NCBI GenBank assembly: GCA_008632985.1
Contig: QPGO01000073.1
Span: 1 to 64,000, forward strand
Length of the DNA stretch: 64,000 bases
Origin: Psammoneis japonica
Taxonomy: Eukaryota
Reading direction: 5' to 3'
Position 1 is the first letter of the stretch. Each line of letters begins with the position of its first letter. This document shows positions 60,015 to 64,000 of the stretch, one piece after another. A program made the translations under genes and the position numbers. Under the pieces are notes generated by a model, which saw nothing but the letters and a program-made list of their open reading frames with translations, searched no databases and was not told the origin of the DNA.

Positions 60015-63000
60015 ATGTGGGGGACATCACCAAAGTCGAAGGATGGCGGGCCAAACGAAGATACGCCACTTCTAGCTGAGAGTAGTAGTGCTGGCTCGAC
60101 TGGTAAGAAGAACTGGATCAAACTCCGTGGTGCCACCAAGGCCGGAATAGCTTTTCGGCGTACGGCTCGTACCCGTGCAGCACGTCGAGCTACCATTGCT
60201 CGTAGTCACGCTCGTGAAAGCGTACGCGGATCCGTTGCGTTTCCTTTCTTTGCCTCTGCAGAAGATGATGATGTAGAGACGGGAGATGAGGAGGGTGGGA
60301 GCATCAAGTCTTCTTCTCGTACAACGAAGGATCTGATTGAACCGTCAGAGGCCTTGGTGCCACTGACACAGGGAGGTCGATCTGCCGCTCTCGTAAAGAG
60401 CATTCCGGCCTTTACTCCATACAGACGCATGGCTAGGCATAGATCCTTTCATCTCTTTTGGACCAATGAGTTTAGGCATTGGTGGAAGGCGAGTTCTTAT
60501 CTTATGAAATGTGAATTGATATGGATCTTGCTATGTGATATGTGATTCTTACACTCTCCTCGCAGTCGTCGCGTCTATTGGTCCGTCTCGGGGGACTCGA
60601 TACCCATGCTCGAGATCCCATAGTGTGGTACAAGATGACCAACATAAACCCGATTCGATTCAAATCTTTGAAAAAGATGTACAAGTTGGTGAAGCGGTTG
60701 GGTCAGGGAGGTCCTATGCGCTGGTTTCTAGATCGTGTGCACCCTTTTACTCGAAGTCTGCGTATTTTGGTTGCAGCGTGGCGTTGGATTGAGTCTGCTC
60801 GTAAGTTTTGATTCGCTCATATCTTGAGTCAATAATTTTCGTTTCAATGGCCTAATTCGCTTGTACATTGATGCGACATGCTTTATTCTACCTTTCTCTT
60901 CCAAACTCCAGCCTGCAGGAGGCTGGAAGTCGGAATCGAAGAAGCAATGGTACGTCTGCATTTGTGGGTTGTGTTTCCAATCAATGATTCTGGTTCCCAT
61001 TCAAAATTTCTCAATCATTTGTATCTCGATGCTGTACGCTTTGTTTCGTAACAGGCCTTTATCGGCAATCGAGTGTCGCGTATGATTGCTCGACTCGTCG
61101 TGGATTCCGCCGTTACCATGGGCATTATCCCCTCGTCGCATTATCTCTGGAAGCGGCAGCACTTTCCCATTGAGTGGTGGTTCCCAGCCGTGTGCTGCAT
61201 CATTATGGGTATTTTCCGTGCCATTTCGCCCTATGGCGCCTCGTTTCAAGGATCTCGCGTGGGACGTGTTCTTACACGCTCCTTCTTCAAAAACGCGTAC
61301 CACCGCTGGCTTCCGATCCAACGCATTCAAGACCTTAACTTGGAATGCGACGATTGCCAAGAAGGTGATGAAGTCTCCGAGAACGCCGATTTGGCGAGGC
61401 TTGGAAAGAAGGTTGCCAAGGCTCTTGGCAAAGCCCAGAAGCTTGGGCTTGATGGCTTTGAAGGACAGAACGAAGAGCTCGCCAACGAGGGATTTTATCA
61501 AGTGGGCTCCGGCTCGGGTGGCTATGCAGTCTACGAGTGCCACAGGAAGGTTTCCGATAACGTTGATGAAGACAGCCACACCATCTTGCTTCATGTCACG
61601 CCTTATGGGCCATCGTTGTTGGACGTTATGCCTCGCTATCTCGTGCTGGAGTTTGAGGATTCACAAGATCGCCGTGGTGTATGGTCGGAAAAACTCGCAT
61701 CTCTCCGACGCCAAGGTCCTTCGGTGGTGGAGGGCTATGCTTATCAGGGTGCCTTTTTTAGCCCTCATCACTTTGCAGAGATGAAAGAAACATATGACAA
61801 ACAGCTTCTAGCCTACGATATGGCATGCAAGGCCATGGCAAAGAAAGAGTCTCAAAGAGCTGGTCCTCCGACCGATCTTCCGACTCTAAAGGAGTTTCTT
61901 GCTGACGGGAAGATCCCGCGGAAGAAGAAGAAGAATATGCGGGAATACCGCATCATGCAGAAGAACGTGGGCAAGGTGGCTCGGAAGCTCAAATCCATGA
62001 TGTCCACAGGCAAGGATGGATGTACGGCGCCGAATGGTGTAATCCTGTACTTCGAGGGTCTCGATTGTTCGGGTAAATCAAGCACCGGCGGTTTGATTCA
62101 ACAAGCACTCGCAGATGCAGGGTTTGAAGTTTCAATGGAGCAGTACAATAGGCCGCCCACGGAAGAGCAGAAGCGACACGAATGGATGTGGCGATTTGCA
62201 TTACCCAAGACGGAAGCGGGGAGTGACGAAGATGGCGATGACTGTACCGGTCATCGCCACCGAGCTGTTGTTTGGGACCGCGGCCCCGCTGGTGACTTTG
62301 TCTACGGCGCTCTGACGACGGCACCGGAATCGGTAAAGCGTGAGCGATGTAAGTCGGACTCATTCCTATCTATCGCGATGCAACTGTGCCCTTGGGGTAT
62401 TAAAGACTCGCTTTCTTACCAACACCCCGCCTCTCTTTGCACACTACACAGACCGCGAGTTCATGGAGTTCGACGCGGAATGTTTCAGGAACAACATTCT
62501 TTTCATCAAGTTGATGTTTGTAACAAACCGGGACTCCATTGCCAGCACCCTAGGAAAGCGTCTCGCGCAGAGAATGATGGTCAAGGATCTTCGCACGTGG
62601 TTAAAGGCTAGTCACGGTGGCGAATTGGCCAACACTGACGTTCCCATGGAGGGTCTGGACTTTATCGACATGCACATTGATCCAACCGATGTACGTACGA
62701 TTGTTACTCCTGTCAATGCCAATATTTTGTATTTTGCTGCGTGTCTGATATTGCTGACTTGATTTTCCTACCGTTTCGTTTGAAAGTTTGTTGCATTCAA
62801 CATGTACCAGAAAAATCTTCACAAGTTCGTCAACTTTGCGCTCAATACAGACACGGAGTCCAACCCGTGGATTGTGGTGAATACTAGCGATCGTTTCTCG
62901 GCGCGGAAGCAACTGCTACGAGTGTTTGAAGCCCAGCTCAATGCTTACGCAAGTGCTAAACGGGCAGGAATGAGTAGATGCTTTGGCCTGCTTCCGCCCG

Positions 63001-63251
63001 CGGCGGAGGAGTCTGGTACGGTGACTCACGAAACTCCTGGTATCACGGAAGCAGAAATGATTGAGAGAAAGATCAAGAAGGGTCTGTCGATGGGCACGGT
63101 TCTAGCGCTCACAGGTCTCTTGCTTCTTGTGTTTTACTATTGTGAGAATACAGTCTTCTTTGAAAACGCGACGAGATTCTTTGAACACCTCAACGGGCCT
63201 TCTGATACCGAGTCGCAAGATAGCACGCCCGGGTTGGAAGTGGATGGATAA
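60015..63251 (+). CDS. Polyphosphate kinase 2 (PPK2) family protein with hydrophobic segments; six exons
   Basis: Exons 60015-60488, 60566-60800, 60912-60949, 61055-62348, 62452-62690 and 62787-63251 splice in frame; PPK2 motifs FEGLDCSGKS, PPTEEQKRHEWMWRF, WDRG; hydrophobic VLALTGLLLLVFYY near the C-terminus. Confidence 0.82.
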
Positions 63252-63836
63252 GATTTCTTTGGGTGGTTTATGCGTTGCTTGCTTTGTTTGAGGGGAAGTC
63301 AATCCCATGATCCCCCCTCTGTGTTTACCAAGCATTTGGAGTGATTTTTGTTTTGAAATTTGTGGTGGCTCATGCTCTGTACGAAGGAAACGGTTGCCTC
63401 ATAGCGGCCCCTTTTGTAATGTACACAGCAAGAAATCTCTAAGCCTCGGTTGTGTAGTGTAATGTCTGTACCAGTGTGTTTATAATGAAACGGTGATGTT
63501 CTTTAATCGGCACGCTCCCTCTCTCTAGCCCCAGTAGTAGAGGTGATTAAGCTGCAACACTATTGCAGCGCCGCCGCGACTGCTCCCCACACCTACACGA
63601 TTCTTGAAATGCCGTCCTACCTATCATCATTCTTCAGAATACAGCGACACTATTAAGGTGCGATAGTTGCTTTTTTAAAAATACGGCACCATCTCTAGAG
63701 AGAGAGGTGAGTTAGATTCAAAGGTATTTCACTATCTCCTCGACTGCTCTCTAGAAAAGCTCGTAGGCCACAAACACCACGCCAATGATATCTTTTGAAA
63801 TCTTTGAAACAACACATGTTGATTTACTCCTGTTTC

Positions 63837-64000
63837 TTAGCAACAATCACCAGCGCCAGTGGAAATTGTTGACGATTGTTGATGCCGCAAGTCAATTGGA
63901 TCTTGCTCTGGTGGAATAAATAACTGTGGCTGCATTCGCTTCCTCTTTTCCTCCTGTACTAGCGCAAGACTTGCCGCTTGATAAAACGCTTCTTCCACGT
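63837..64000 (-). CDS. 3' end of a Rab GTPase (Rab7-like), partial
   Basis: My translation VEEAFYQAASLALVQEE...IDL...GAGDCC-stop: post-G5 VEEAF helix and terminal CC prenylation motif; not in the ORF track. Confidence 0.7.
   Translation of the reverse strand, partial: VEEAFYQAASLALVQEEKRKRMQPQLFIPPEQDPIDLRHQQSSTISTGAGDCC

Overview
Eukaryotic DNA, most likely from a diatom or another stramenopile (inferred from CoDi-like copia elements, short spliceosomal introns and gene style). Bases 1-~54,200 and a small island at ~57,870-59,715 are decayed repeats: a 17/20-bp satellite, two near-complete Ty1/copia elements plus a third 5' fragment, one Ty3/gypsy element, a Penelope-like RT fragment, 12 copies of a GAC...GTC MITE family with 4-bp TSDs, a ~380-bp palindromic tandem repeat and several dead ORFs of unknown function. 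One dead ORF has TET/JBP-like dioxygenase motifs. The rest holds four host genes: a frameshifted Baeyer-Villiger/flavin monooxygenase, an acidic-repeat ARM protein, a six-exon membrane-anchored PPK2-family protein and the 3' end of a Rab GTPase. The main signal is that TpA has almost vanished from the repeats, converted to TpG or CpA on both strands. Conserved Tyr codons read Cys or His, and twin LTRs and TSDs differ by TA/TG/CA. Genes a few hundred bases away keep normal TpA. This looks like a repeat-targeted T:A>C:G hypermutation system running opposite to fungal RIP. All counts were made by eye and need computational confirmation.
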